Made by a program: the position numbers and the translations under genes. Positions 1 through 12,197 of a DNA stretch of 64,000 nt are shown here, in pieces. The DNA is from Candidatus Bathyarchaeota archaeon. GTDB taxonomy: Archaea > Thermoproteota > Bathyarchaeia > Bathyarchaeales > DTEX01. Each line of letters begins with the position of its first letter. Positions within the stretch are counted from its first letter, which is position 1. Location: positions 160,001 to 224,000 of the forward strand of contig CAVQNT010000006.1 in the NCBI GenBank assembly GCA_963714275.1, written 5' to 3'. The notes below the pieces were generated by a model, which saw nothing but the letters and a program-made list of their open reading frames with translations, was not told the origin of the DNA and ran no database searches.

Positions 1-49
1 AGTGAATGAACGAAAGATGCCTTTTTAATATGAAAAGGTGCCATTTCGT

Positions 50-1052
50 TTAAGGTTTAACTTCCAAGACTTCCTTGTTCACTAGGTTGGGTGGAACGCG
101 TCCTTCAAGTATGGCTACCATGTTCTCAGCCGCCATGACCGCCATTTTGGTCCTCGTCGCTATGCTTCCGCTTGCGATGTGAGGTGTCGCTGTCACGTTA
201 TTAAGTTTAAGCAGTGGATTATTGGGGTCAACGGGCTCTTTTTCCCAAACGTCCAGTCCCGCAGCCCATATCCAGCCTTCTTTTAGGGCTTTGTAGAGGG
301 CTTTTTCATCGACCACTGGTCCTCTGGACGTGTTAATTAGGCACGCCGTTTTCTTCATCGTCCTAAGCCTGTCTTCGTTGATGAGGTGGTGGGTTTCAGG
401 CGTCAAAGGCACATGAACCGTCACGAAATCGGACTCTTTCAGAAGCTTTTCCAGCGGAACGTACTTGACACCGAGCTCCTTCTCAATCTGCTCGTTTCGG
501 TAAACGTCGTAATAGAGAATCTTCATGTTGAACCCTTTGGCTCGCCTTGCTACCGCTGAACCGATTCTACCGATTCCTACGATGCCGAGTGTTTTTCCGT
601 AAATGTCTTGCCCAACAAGCATCATAAGCCCCCACGGGACCTTCCACTGTCCAAACTTGACATACTTATCAGCTTCCGCTATCCTTCTAGCTGCAGCCAC
701 TAGCAGCGTGAACGCATAGTCAGCCGTTGTTTCAGTCAAAACTCCAGGCGTGTTAGTAACGCAGATTCCTTTTTCAGTGGCTGCTTTAATATCAATGTTG
801 TTGTATCCAACAGCAACTTGAGAGATGCCTTGAAACTGTGGACTAGCTGCATCGAGGACTTCTTTGTCGATTTGCTCTGTTAAAAGGCATATCAGTCCAT
901 CAACGTTCTTCACCTTATTCATTAGAAGGTCTTTAGAAGGCGGCATCTTATCAGGCCAAACCTCGATCTCAAATTTTGCCTGCAGCATCCTTGTATGCTT
1001 CTTCAGGCAATTCCCTCGTAATGTAAATTTTCTTCCTCTTATGTTCAGTCAA
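50..1052 (-). CDS. gyaR: D-2-hydroxyacid dehydrogenase (glyoxylate reductase/D-glycerate dehydrogenase type); 1-nt indel near 989
   Basis: GIVGIGRIG Rossmann motif, INTSRGPVVDE, GLDVWEKEP, TPHIAS. N-terminus KKIYITRELPEE lies in another frame from TTG at 1052. Confidence 0.85.
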
Positions 1053-1112
1053 ACATTTTCACCGCGGTTCACGGATTACACTATTGTCGCTTGTATGATG
1101 CAACGTTGTTTT

Positions 1113-2045
1113 TTAGATTTTCGCCCACGCCTCTGCGAAGACCCTTTTCGAGTTCGCAATTAAGACTTCGGACGACTCGCCCACGGCGGGTTTCACCTCA
1201 AAACTCACAACTGGAAGTCTCGTCAGCCGTTTTCTTTTTAAAGTAGCCGATGTCCTTGAGGACCGTCAGAAAATCCGCCAATTCTTCAACCGAGTTTTCT
1301 CCGCCAACGACGCCGAACCTTGGATGCTGGTCTCCGAACTGCGGGTGGTTTCTGTCTTTATACACGCAGTTTCCGACGTGAACATGCTCCAAGTATGGTT
1401 TGGTTTCCATGAGAGTGTTTTCGGAGATTCATGAAGCAACGGAAGGTGGCTCAGGTCAAGCTGTTAAGCCAACATTGTCGTTTTTCCGTTTAACCTTCGC
1501 CACAACATCCACCGCTTCTTTCGTGGGTCCTAAAAGAGCTTTTTATCGTATTCGCGGTCGAAGTATTCAAGCGAAACCATTAAAGTATAATCGTTGCCTT
1601 TTTCTTCCGCATACCTGCAAACCTGCCCAAGAGAATCAACTAAAAGAGCCTTTGCCTTCTCCCGCTGCTTGGGTTCCGCGTCAGGTCCGCTGATGACAGC
1701 TATTACCCGTGCGCCCAACGCGTAGGCTTCATCAACAAGCTTCTTCGTCGAGTTGATTGCCACATCTCGGACAACATCGTCAAACGCATTCAAGTCAATC
1801 TTCTGGTTCAACATCGGAGGACCACCACAATACACCACGTCCAAAAAAGCGGACTCTAACAAACGTGCAGATTGACCTCGAACATTAGCGTCTTTCATCC
1901 ACGAAACTTCGACAGCGCCAAAGAAACTGTCAGCCACTATCTTGCCCAGAGTTTCAAGAACAGGTCCTTCCCCGCGACCTGTCTCAGGAAAAATCATCGG
2001 ATGAACAATTCCCACATTAATTAAGCCACTCCACGGATAAGCCAT
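1113..2045 (-). CDS. Sugar phosphate isomerase/epimerase (xylose isomerase-like TIM barrel), split by indels
   Basis: Joined ORFs 1530..2090 and 1198..1410 plus flanking frames: SLEYFDRE, DLSHLPL, HVHVGNC, DQHPRFG, SFEVKP metal-ligand pattern. Confidence 0.75.
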
Positions 2046-2112
2046 AATTTTTTCTCCAAACAGATTTTGAACAATATAACCAACTGGCAAATATTAAGGT
2101 TACGGGGAGTCC

Positions 2113-2126
2113 GCAGCCTTTAAGAA
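2113..2126 (+). promoter_or_regulatory. Probable archaeal TATA box of the tRNA gene
   Basis: TTTAAG at 2119-2124, about 25-30 nt upstream of the tRNA 5' end. Confidence 0.45.
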
Positions 2127-2148
2127 AGACAAAAGATAAAGTGGCTGT

Positions 2149-2261
2149 GGGCCCGTTGCCTAGCTGGATAGGGTGCAGAGAAATTATTCGCGGAAGCCTT
2201 CGGAGCCAGCATAGGCGGAGAAAGCCTGAGGTCGAGGGTTCAAATCCCCCCGGGTCCGCCA
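2149..2261 (+). tRNA. tRNA-Arg(UCG) with two introns (29/30: 2179-2195; 37/38: 2204-2222), CCA encoded
   Basis: Acceptor GGGCCCG/CGGGTCC, D arm GCCT/GGGT, spliced anticodon stem CAGGC/GCCTG with loop CT-TCG-GA, T loop TTCAAAT. The 37/38 intron forms a perfect bulge-helix-bulge (CTTC/GGAG, GCC/GGC). Confidence 0.9.
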
Positions 2262-2331
2262 TTCACGATTTTTGGCTTGTCATAAGTTTTATCTTTCAAG
2301 GGATTTCGACTAAAAGCTTGGTTGACCTATT

Positions 2332-3684
2332 ATGGCGGATGTTAAAATCAGCATTATAGGCGCAGGCAGTGCCACATTCTCTCTGGCTTTAGTCAAGGAC
2401 CTCTGTCTTACGCCGAACCTTTCAGGCAGCACCGTAAACTTCATGGATATAAACAAAGAAAGGTTGGACGCAGTTTACACATTATGTAAGCGGTATGCTG
2501 AAGAAACAAAGGCAAAATTAAAGCTCGAAAAGACAACCGACCGAAAAGAATCCCTTAAGGACGCGGATTTCGTCGTCAACACAGCCTTGGTCGTCGGTTA
2601 CAGCGGGTATCGAGAAGGCTGGAATGTAGGCTTCAAGCACGGATACAGGTTTGGTGGAAGCCTCCACATAATGCACGACGAATGTTTTTGGAGCAACTTT
2701 TACCAGTTAAGGCTTTTCGAGTCCCTCGTAAACGACATACTGGATGTTTGCCCTGACGCTTGGTACCTGAAACTCGCAAATCCCGTGCTTGCTGCCACAA
2801 CCCACCTCGGAAGAAAGTATAGGAAACTCAAGTTCATTGGGCTGTGCCACGGCTATCTAGGCGTTTATCACCTAGCGTCAGTCCTCGGATTTAAACCAGA
2901 ACAACTGGAGTTCAAAATTCCAGGCGTTAACCATTTTGTGTGGCTGACGGACTTTCGTCACGACAGCGAAGACGCCTTCCCAATATTGGACGAATGGATT
3001 GAAAAAAAGTCACATAAATACTTTGAGAATTGTGGATTTAGTAGCGGTGTTGGCCCAAAAGCTGTAGACCTCTACAAGAAATTTAGTGTTTTTCCAATTG
3101 GAGACACGTGCACGCCTGGAGGTGGGTCTTGGCCTTGGTGGTACCACACGGACGACGAGACAGAGCGAAAGTGGAAGGAAGACCCGAATGGATGGTGGAG
3201 GTGGGTGCTTAAGCCTTCCAAAGAGGACACTGTTTCGAAGTTAATTAAAGCCGCCTATAATCCGTCCGTCAAGGTCACCAGCGTCTTTCCGCCACAGAAA
3301 TCACGCGAAAGCATAATCAACATTGTCGAGTCATTAGCCTGCGATGTGCCTCGGGTTTATCAGGTCAACGTTATGAACTTCGATAATCTTGTTCCCGGAG
3401 TGCCCTTTGACTTTGAGGTAGAGGTCCCAGCCGTAATCAGCAAAAAAGGCGTCGAAGGCGAAAAGACCCGTGGACTGCCTAAGGCTGTGACTTCGTATCT
3501 TCTCAGAGATAGGGTTGCGCCGGTCGAAGTTGAACTCGAAGTTTACGAAACCGGAAGCAAGAAACGGCTTCTGGACCTCGTTTTGATGGACCCGTGGACA
3601 AAATCAGAGGAACAAGCAAGGAATCTTCTTGAGGACATTTTAGAACTTCCACAAAATACTGAAATGCAGGAACATTACAGATAG
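2332..3684 (+). CDS. Family 4 glycoside hydrolase (NAD/Mn-dependent alpha-glucosidase/galactosidase/glucuronidase)
   Basis: KISIIGAGSATF, ANP, GLCHG, GVNHFVWL motifs. Confidence 0.9.
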   Translation: MADVKISIIGAGSATFSLALVKDLCLTPNLSGSTVNFMDINKERLDAVYTLCKRYAEETKAKLKLEKTTDRKESLKDADFVVNTALVVGYSGYREGWNVGFKHGYRFGGSLHIMHDECFWSNFYQLRLFESLVNDILDVCPDAWYLKLANPVLAATTHLGRKYRKLKFIGLCHGYLGVYHLASVLGFKPEQLEFKIPGVNHFVWLTDFRHDSEDAFPILDEWIEKKSHKYFENCGFSSGVGPKAVDLYKKFSVFPIGDTCTPGGGSWPWWYHTDDETERKWKEDPNGWWRWVLKPSKEDTVSKLIKAAYNPSVKVTSVFPPQKSRESIINIVESLACDVPRVYQVNVMNFDNLVPGVPFDFEVEVPAVISKKGVEGEKTRGLPKAVTSYLLRDRVAPVEVELEVYETGSKKRLLDLVLMDPWTKSEEQARNLLEDILELPQNTEMQEHYR

Positions 3685-3718
3685 TCATATACAAAATCTT
3701 ATTGGAAAAAGACCAAAT

Positions 3719-5513
3719 TTGGGTTATGAGGGATCAGTATTGAGTAAGGGAAATATGTCTGTTTTATGCCTCGTTGACAGTTCGAAAAAAGAAGAATACC
3801 CCCAGCTTCAAGAAATTTTATGGTCAGCACTGGATTTCTTTGGGATGCCTTACGAAATTGTGGACCTTGCGAAAGACAATTTGGCTGTTGAGGCTCTTAA
3901 AGACCATAGCGCTATCATAATTGGTCAAGAGCACTTGGGGAAAAGTCTCTCAGAAAGTAACACCAGTTTCATTATTGAAGCTGTCAAGTCAGGAGCGGGA
4001 TTAGTCTGCTTCGATGGCGACTTGCACTCTTATAAGAATCCGTTGAAGGATGCTTTGGGCTTATGGACCTCTAAAGAAGGTACACATATGCCTCATCTGG
4101 ATACTTGGATGGTCAGGATTTGGGATAACCGCCATTACATAACAGGCGCCAAGGAGCTCGAGTTTATACGGTTCAATAAACCAGTTGACGTTTGTAACAT
4201 CGTTAACATCGAAAAAGACTACAACCTACTCATGACCGTTGCGAACAGTAGCGGACTGCCAGCTGTAGTTACCGAGACTATTGGGAAAGGAAGAGTCGTC
4301 TTGTTTGCTGTTTCTTCAAAGATTTGGCTCAACGAATACTTTGGTCATGGTGGCGGCTTAGACGACATTTTTTGGAGGAGCATAGTCTGGGCAGCTAAGA
4401 AGCCTTTTGCGATGCTTGCCATGCCTCCGTTCGTAACAATTCGCATAGACGATTGTAGCGGTGCACCCAACAGGTTCTGGTGGGTTCGAATCCTCAACAA
4501 ACACGGTTACATACCGCACGTTTCCTTGTTCACCGAAAACATTGGCGAGAAGGAAACACAAGCCATAAAACAGCTCTATGATGCGGGGACTGCTGAGTTC
4601 TCGTTTCACGCTTTCACGTGGACTAAACAGATTTTTTGGGAATCCAAATCGCCAACAGACCATGATGTAGGCAAAGAATTCAGTAAAGAAGAGTTGACGG
4701 GTTTCTTCAAGAGAATGGATGAACTATCAAAGAAATGGGGCATTGAATGGTCCAAAGTGCTTACGGCCCATTTCGGAGAAGTAGGAAAAGACGTCATTCC
4801 CTTCCTAAAAAAAAGAGGCATCATCTACCTCGGAATGCCCTACGCCTTCGGTACACCATACGGTGCAGCACCCCTGCAACTTCCAGAAACCGAGACTGAA
4901 AAAGCTGAGACCATTCAACGGTCAAGGCGGAGTCATTGATCGTCACCCAGACTATCCTGAACTCTTCGTTGTCTATCCAAGTTATGAGGATGTACCAAAG
5001 TCTGTTCAGCAAATGTTGACGACCAAAGGCGTCATTTCGCCTAATGGGCAAAGATACGATTTTCTTTGGGAGACTGGTCGGGAAAAGGTTGACGTTGAGC
5101 TTGGTGCTTGGTTCGCAGCGTTTGGAATAAAACTCTGTTTGGACAGCTTAATACCTGTTGTGTTAGTGACTCATGAACAAAACATTTCTGTCCTGAACAA
5201 CGAAGAATGGGACAATCTTCTCACAAAGGTTGACCAGATTACATCTAAACATGTCAAAATATTTAGAAGCTGGAGTTACATCGCTCAATACGCTGAAAAC
5301 CTGCATAATATGAAAATAAATCATATAGAAACTGATCCTGCGAATAACGAGTTAGATTGTTGTCTGATGGGGCAAAGTAAGATACCTCTTTATTTATATG
5401 TGTTCAAAGGTGACTCGGAGCATATTGACCAGTCATTTAAAGAAATACCGCCTTGTGATGGCAAGGTATCAATTAAGCTCAAACCTGACGATGTTCTTTT
5501 CAAGAATATGTAA
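3719..5513 (+). CDS. Hypothetical protein, N-terminal glutamine-amidotransferase-like region plus NodB/polysaccharide-deacetylase-like barrel; indel near 4870-4900
   Basis: TIRIDD, SFHAF and THEQ motifs; ORFs 3719..4939 and 4863..5513 overlap. Confidence 0.5.
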
Positions 5514-5545
5514 ATTCAGAAAAGAATAAGCGAGAAGGCTGTTTC

Positions 5546-7053
5546 ATGACTTATCTTTTGGGTGTAGACTTGGGTACAACCTCAGTCAAGTGTGTGTTAT
5601 TTGACCAACAAGGAAAAGTCGCAGTTTCAGCGAACAAGGAATATGATCTTCTTATGCCACGCCCTGATTTTATTGAAGTGAAACCTGAAACCTATTGGTA
5701 TGCCTTTAAGGTGTGCATTGCGAAGATTTTGAAAGAGTTTAAAATAAAGTCTCAAGAAATTCAGGGCATCGGAGTGGCAAGTCAAGGGGAAAGCTTCGCA
5801 TATCTGGATAAAAACGGGGAACCGCTAGGGAGAGCCATTATTTGGCTTGATAATCGGTCAAAAAATGAAGTAAGCTCATAAGAAACGAATTTGGGGTTGA
5901 AGAAATATTCCGTATTACGGGACAGAACGATGTTACGCCTACGTGGACTGCGACCAAGATTCTTTGGCTTAAAAGAAACGAGCCTTCACTCTTCGAGAAA
6001 ATAAACAAATTTCTACTTCTAGAAGATTATTTGGTCTATAAACTGACGGGTAACTTTGCCACAGAACACTCTGTTGTGTGCTCCTCGCTTCTTTTTGATT
6101 TGTCGCGGCGGAGATGGTGGAACGAGATTTTAAACTTTATCGGAATCGACGAAAACCAGCTGCCACAGCTTAATCCATCAGGAGCTCCTGTAGGTAACAT
6201 TACATCTGAAGTTGCGGGTGAAACTGGTTTGGGCTCAAACACTCTTGTGTCCACAGGTGCGTATGATCAGGCTGCAAATGCATTAGGAGCAGGTAACATT
6301 GAATCTGGCGTTGTTACTGAAACAACTGGTGGATCTATGGCTGTAGCTGTAACCATTGACCGAATCCTGTTGGATCCAATGCGGAGAATGCCTTGTCATC
6401 AGCACGCCGTTTCTGGGAAATACTTCCTTCAACCTTGGTGTCAAACCGCAGGCGCTATTCTCAAGTGGTACCGAGACAATTTTGGTAAACAGGAAATTGA
6501 CAAGGCTAATCAAATAGGTAAGAACCCGTACGACCTGTTGATGGCTCAAGCGTCTAAGGTTCCGTCTGGTTCAGACGGTTTGATTTTGCTGCCACACTTT
6601 ATGGGTGCAGCCTCCCCGGAATTCAACCCAAACGCTAAGGGCGTATTGTTTGGTCTCACGTTGTACCATGGGCAGGGTCATGTGATAAGGGCAATAGTCG
6701 AGTCCGTTGCTTACATGTTGAGAAGGAATGTTGAGCTTCTCGAGGAATTGGGCGTTGAAGTAAAAGAGGTAAGATCTACTGGAGGAGCAGCTCGAAGCCA
6801 ACTGTGGAACCAAATCAAAGCAGATGTACTTCAGAAGCCAGTACTAACAGTCCACACAGAGGAAACAGCAGCATTAGGAGCTGCGATGCTTGCAGGCTTA
6901 GCTACAAATACGTTCTCGTCGCTTGAGACAGCTGTGCAGTCAATGGTCTCTGTTAAATCAAGGTTTTCTCCTTCAAAAGGCAATCAGAAAATTTATAATG
7001 AACAGTACAAGAAATACGTGAAGCTTTACAGCAGCCTCGAAGGATTATTTTAA
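5546..7053 (+). CDS. FGGY-family carbohydrate kinase (xylulokinase-like), indel near 5878
   Basis: LGVDLGTTSVK, IIWLDNRS, GAYDQAA, TGGAARS motifs. Confidence 0.9.
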
Positions 7054-7098
7054 CAGGCAATCAAACATTGGTTAGTCTTTTATACTTAATTTTTCAAT

Positions 7099-8470
7099 TT
7101 GAGACTCGTGGGGGAATCTCAATTGCGTACTGGATTTGTGAGTTTCATGGCACCAGCCTATACTCAAGACACCATCGAGCTGCTGAAGAAGATCGTGGAA
7201 GGCGCCAAAGAAGCTTTGACATCAATGGGCATAAAGGTGTCAGCTAATGCGGGACCAGTCATAGAATTATCTGACGTAGATCCCGCTGTGGCAGTCTCTG
7301 AAGTGCGGAGATTATGACTTTTTAACCGCTTTACTTCCTTCTTGGGCTGAGCCTCCGATGATCGTGAACACTTTGATGCATTTTCAGAATCGCCCAATTC
7401 TGTTGTGGACATTATCCTCATTCAAGGAAAAGGGCGTTCTCATAGCCCCTGCTGGGGCAGCAGGAATGTCTGCCGTTATGCAACCCCTTAAGACCATGGG
7501 TTTCAAAATCAAAATGGTCTTCGGCAATCCAGATTCTGACGACGTCCGTAATGAAATAGTAAGCTACGCTCACGCTTGTGAGGCTGTCAACAAGTGAGCG
7601 AGTGAAGAATCGGCATCTTCGGATATGCGGACATGGGCAGTGACACAGCTGGTTTCGATCAAACCTCGCTTCGCAGCAAGATTGGACCAGAAGTAGAAGA
7701 TTATGAGGTGCATAGGCTTCTTTTAAGGGCAGATGAGATCAAAGATGAGGAAGCAGACAAGTTTATAACAAAACAGTTCAAAAGCTGGAGCATCGACAAA
7801 GAAGTAGCCAAAAATGATCTACGCAAAGCAATCAAAATCTACTTGGCATTAAAAAAGATAATTGACGAAAGAAATTTTTCCGCAGTCAGCATGAAATGCG
7901 TGTATGGCTTACCCATATATTACGGTATAACTCCGTGCATACCGCTTTCATTGGCTGGAGCTGAGGTTCCTGTTGTTTGCGAGTGCGATGTTCTGGGCTT
8001 GGTGATGGAGCTGATAATGGACTATGTCAGCGGGCAACGGTCTGTGTACCTTGAATTCTATGACATATTTGATGATAGGGTCTTAATGGGCGTCTGTGGT
8101 ATGATACCTCAGTCAGCTCTCGAAGACATCCCGAGACTCTACAGATATGCATGGGGAAAATTGACTGGGCTCATGACTGTGGGGTCAATGAAAACTGGAA
8201 AGGTAACATTAGCACGGATTGCCTCAATTGGCGACCGTTTCCAAATGCATGTGACAGTTGCTGAAGTCTGAGAAACCCAGACCTTGGCATGAGGTTGGGT
8301 GGCAATTGGAGGCTCCTGTTTATCCAAGCTTGGAAATAGTGCTTGGGAACAAAACAAAGGAGTTTACAGAGAATATTCTTGCCCAACACTACCATGTCAT
8401 CTATGGCGACTACACTAAAGAATTAACTGAGCTCTGCAAGATTCTTGGCATCGACATCGTTGTTACATAG
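7099..8470 (+). CDS. L-fucose/L-arabinose isomerase family protein, several indels
   Basis: MKC, CECDVLG, KTGKVTLARI and QHYHVIYGD across ORFs 7099, 7358, 7633 and 8258. Confidence 0.75.
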
Positions 8471-8486
8471 ACTTAACGTGTCTTTT

Positions 8487-9314
8487 CTATGCGATTATCT
8501 TTTTAGCCTTCTCTAGGCTTAGGTCTTCATGAACGATCTTCGTGACCGCCTCAATTAAGGCTGTTGGATGTTCGTTTTGCCAAATGTTTCTGCCCATGAT
8601 TACTCCTGCAGCTCCTGAAGCCATTACATCATGAACTATTTTTAGTAGTTCGCTTGGGTTTCCCGCTCCTGGGCCACTTAACACTATGACGGGAACTGGG
8701 CAACATTCCACCACTTCCCTGAACGAGTCTGGATTACCCGTGTAATAGGACTTGACGACATCGGCGCCTAGTTCAGCTGCCACCCTGTCCACGAATTTTA
8801 CGTGCTCAACACTTGGCCATTGGCGCTTGGCTTCGGACTTAAAGTGGTAATCGATTATTTCAGGTGGAAGAGTCTCGCATACATGTGGCATCCCCAGTTT
8901 TTCGCATTCCTGCGAAATCTTACCTACTTTCTCAGCGTTCTGTGATTCTCTCGCTGTCCCCGGAAACGCCATCGAAGCAATAGCGTCTGCGCCAATCCTG
9001 ATAGCCTCATCAACCGAGGAAAACATACGGTAATCCGTTATATCTGGGCCTAACACGGAAGCTGTGCCGTCCAGACGGGCTATTACACCGAGCTTTCCCA
9101 CAATTTCGGTGTGACACAACCGAATCATGGATGGATTCATCAATATGGCGTCAGGTTTATATTCGCTACCTAGGCACTTCTTGACTGTAGCTTTGATGTT
9201 TTCGAGACCTTTAAGGGGTCCCAAGTCTACCCCGTGGTCCATTGTCAAGACAAAACTTTTTCCATCTTCCTTAAAGATGTGACCCAGTCTGATTTTTTTT
9301 CCAACTGAACTCAT
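8487..9314 (-). CDS. DhnA-type class I aldolase (FBP aldolase/ADH synthase family)
   Basis: MDHG, AAELGADVVKSYY (Schiff-base Lys), GRNIWQ. Confidence 0.9.
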   Translation of the reverse strand: MSSVGKKIRLGHIFKEDGKSFVLTMDHGVDLGPLKGLENIKATVKKCLGSEYKPDAILMNPSMIRLCHTEIVGKLGVIARLDGTASVLGPDITDYRMFSSVDEAIRIGADAIASMAFPGTARESQNAEKVGKISQECEKLGMPHVCETLPPEIIDYHFKSEAKRQWPSVEHVKFVDRVAAELGADVVKSYYTGNPDSFREVVECCPVPVIVLSGPGAGNPSELLKIVHDVMASGAAGVIMGRNIWQNEHPTALIEAVTKIVHEDLSLEKAKKIIA

Positions 9315-9449
9315 ACAGGTTCCTCATGTAAATTTGAGGATGATGTGTCATTGACTGTTGATATAAACTTAACGGTGTAAAAAAACACAATATTCACTGA
9401 TTTTCCATCGTCCAGCTCACTAAAAGAATGTCTGATACTGGACTAAGCG

Positions 9450-9812
9450 TTATTGCCCAAGGTTTCGCATGAGTTCCTGAAGCGTTTTTGTCGTTTCCTG
9501 CAGTTCCCCGTAAACATCCATAGCGGTGAACCTCCTCGTTTTGTGCTTGAGATATCCCGCTGTAACCATCGCATAACCAACTAAGTCAGAAATTGTCGGG
9601 TCTGGAAAAAGAATTAGGGCTATTCCCGCCTTTATTAGCCAAGAGTCTTCGAGTCTTGTCTCTCCCGGCTTGCCAATCAACGGCTTAAGACGTTTTGTTT
9701 CCTCGGTGTTTTGTTTTAGAATTTTTTCGAACTCTTGATAACTTTTGCTTGACTCATAAAAGGATGACGCTATCTCTTTAGCATCCTTGAACTTCAGGTC
9801 CGTTGATGCCAC
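9450..9812 (-). CDS. Hypothetical protein with hydrophobic hairpin
   Basis: Intact ORF with LIKAGIALILFPDPTISDLVG segment. Confidence 0.6.
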   Translation of the reverse strand: MASTDLKFKDAKEIASSFYESSKSYQEFEKILKQNTEETKRLKPLIGKPGETRLEDSWLIKAGIALILFPDPTISDLVGYAMVTAGYLKHKTRRFTAMDVYGELQETTKTLQELMRNLGQ

Positions 9813-10005
9813 ATTCTAACCTCAAAAGCTTATGGTTCCAAAAAAAACTTAAGGCTATTTATTGCTTCTTAATATGAACAAATACACGCTATCATCGTTT
9901 TTTCTGGAGTTTATGGAATATGAACAACTGATGTAGCTGTCAAATATTTCCAGTTTGTTAAGACCTCATATAGAATCCTTATAAGCAACACTAAAACAGC
10001 CATTC

Positions 10006-10362
10006 ATGGGTGAAAAGGAGTTGTTTGAAACCATTATCTTGATGGCTCAAAAGTATTTCTTTTTTCCATTTATAATGTTACTAATTGTCGCGTCTTTGTG
10101 GTCCATAGCAGGCATACTTCTATGTCTCTGGGTTTACAATGATGCGAAATCTCATGGAATGGAGGGCGCATTGTGGGTCTTGGTTGTGCTTATCGCTAAC
10201 GTAGTTGGACTCATTGTCTATTCGATGGCCAGAGAAGTAAATAGACCTCGCCCTATAATTTCGACGTGTTCTGGAAGGCAAACAAGATTCTGTTCGAGCT
10301 GCGGCACAGAACATACACTGAATGCAAAGTTTTGTTCAAACTGCGGAAAATCCATAACTTAA
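10006..10362 (+). CDS. Membrane protein with C-terminal double zinc ribbon
   Basis: Two TM segments (WVYNDA...WVLVVL) then FCSSCG...FCSNCG. Confidence 0.8.
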   Translation: MGEKELFETIILMAQKYFFFPFIMLLIVASLWSIAGILLCLWVYNDAKSHGMEGALWVLVVLIANVVGLIVYSMAREVNRPRPIISTCSGRQTRFCSSCGTEHTLNAKFCSNCGKSIT

Positions 10363-10458
10363 AATGGAAAATAGTTAAGGTGACTAGGAAAGCCGTTCTT
10401 GACGCAAACACGTTTTTTGTTAAAAGAAAGTTTTTAGGTTACAATATTTCATATCTGC

Positions 10459-11840
10459 GTGTTCAGTATGTCAGATCATGAATCCAGCGAATCAGCATCC
10501 AAAAAAGGAATCATATCTGGCGCCATTCTAGCGGTTATCGAGGTTACGGGAGGAGTTCTTTCAGGTAGTCTTGGGCTTTTGTCGAGCTCATTCAACACTT
10601 TAATGGATTTTTTGGCTTCGATCATCATGTTCTTTGCGGTTCGAGAAAGCAGCAAACCTCCCGACGAAGTCCACATGTACGGGCACGAAAAGGTCGAATC
10701 CGCTGCAGCAATATCCGAAACACTTCTCCTTGTTTTAGCTTGCTCATGGATAGTCTACAACGCCTACGTTAGGTTGACAAGCAGTATGCAGGAAATAGAA
10801 CTGTTCTGGGTAGCATTCTTAACAAATTTCGCCTCGATACTGATTGACCTGTTTGCTTACATGAAACTTAAAGCGTCCACCAAGAAGCGAGAAAGCGAGG
10901 CTATTGAGGCTGGGGCACTTCATTTTCTGAATGACCTTTTAATCGCCATCATCGTGATTGTTGGTTTAATTTTCTATTGGTTCGGCGTTTGGTATGCGGA
11001 TTCAGTGGCTGCGTTGTGCATTGTAGCCTACATTGTGTTTTCAGGATTCAAGATAATTCGTTCATCTTTCGCGACTCTTATGGATGCTGCGCCACAAGGA
11101 TTATCAAATAAGGTTAAAGAACAAATTCTCAGCGTAGAAGGAGTTGACGACTGTCACCACCTCAGAATCAGGAAAGCGGGCTCAAAATACTTTGTGGACG
11201 CTCATGTTTCTTTGACTGGCGGAATAACGCTTTATCAGGCGCATTTAGCAACATCAATTATAGAGGAGCGAATAACCAAGATTCTTCCCCAGTCAGACAT
11301 CATGATACATACTGAACCTCACACTGGAAAGGACCCGGTAGCCACGATAAGGACTGTTGCCTCTTACTTTCCCGAAATCAGGGGCATTCATGGAATCACG
11401 GTGAAAACGATTGGGGGGAAAATTCTGGTTTCTTACCACATTGAGTCGAGTCCAGAATCTCAATTATGGCTGCCCATGAGATCGCTGATGGTTTGGAAAA
11501 ACGCCTGAAAGGGGAACTAATGAACGTCTCAACGGTCATCAGTCACCTTGAACCAGCCCCTGAGACGTCAGAAACAGGATACAGCCGAGAATCAGACAGC
11601 CTACTTGAGAATGAAGTTAAAAGAATTTCGGGGAGTATGCCAGAGGTTCGTTCCCTTCACGAAATCGGAATATTAAAACGCGACGGAATGTACAATGTGA
11701 CCATGCACTGTGCAGTCGACGACTCTGTGACCTTGTCTCAGGCACATGAGATTGCCACGAGAATCGAGGAAAAAATCAAAGCCACCAACAACAGAATTAA
11801 CCAAGTGAGCGTGCACTGCGAACCGCAAGAATTCAGCTAG
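10459..11840 (+). CDS. Cation diffusion facilitator with three C-terminal dimerisation domains; indel near 11460
   Basis: KPPDEVHMYGHEKVE, HFLND and repeated HTEP/HLEP/HCEP. Confidence 0.9.
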
Positions 11841-11929
11841 ATTCATGGTTTTTCATGATCTTGAGACGTGCGTGGTACGCTTTCGAATGCCTGAGTGTCA
11901 TCTGTCGTTTATTCACTGATTTCTATTTG

Positions 11930-12005
11930 TTTATCTAGTCTGATTTGTGTAAAATTAGGATTTTCCGTTTGTGTAATAATACTAGAGTTTATAAAAAAAT
12001 TGTTC
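11930..12005. repeat. Dispersed intergenic repeat, copy A (MITE/IS-end-like)
   Basis: 58/70 ungapped identity by eye to 48351-48420; partial copy at 51947-51987. Confidence 0.75.
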
Positions 12006-12197
12006 AACAGTACATTTGTTCCTTTGTTTTAGAATAATTTGATCAAATTTGCATTTTGTCTTTTGGACGCACAGTATTCTAAAAATTGGCTATTTAACGT
12101 ATTGTTGCGGTTTCGGTTGCATCTGTGACCAATTAATTGACCACTTTTTTGCACAATTATGAATTATTGTGACCACATAAATTATTGAACATTGAAT

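Noticed and set aside
2017-2359. ORFs 2017..2262 (-) and 2141..2359 (+)
   Set aside because: They overlap the tRNA-Arg gene and are spurious.
5546-8470. Programmed frameshifting in the sugar genes
   Set aside because: Indels are scattered window-wide with no shared slippery motif; sequencing error is simpler.
11930-12005. Dispersed repeat as a CRISPR repeat or origin ORB box
   Set aside because: Copies are tens of kb apart with no spacers, lack the ORB G-string, and no cdc6 is nearby.
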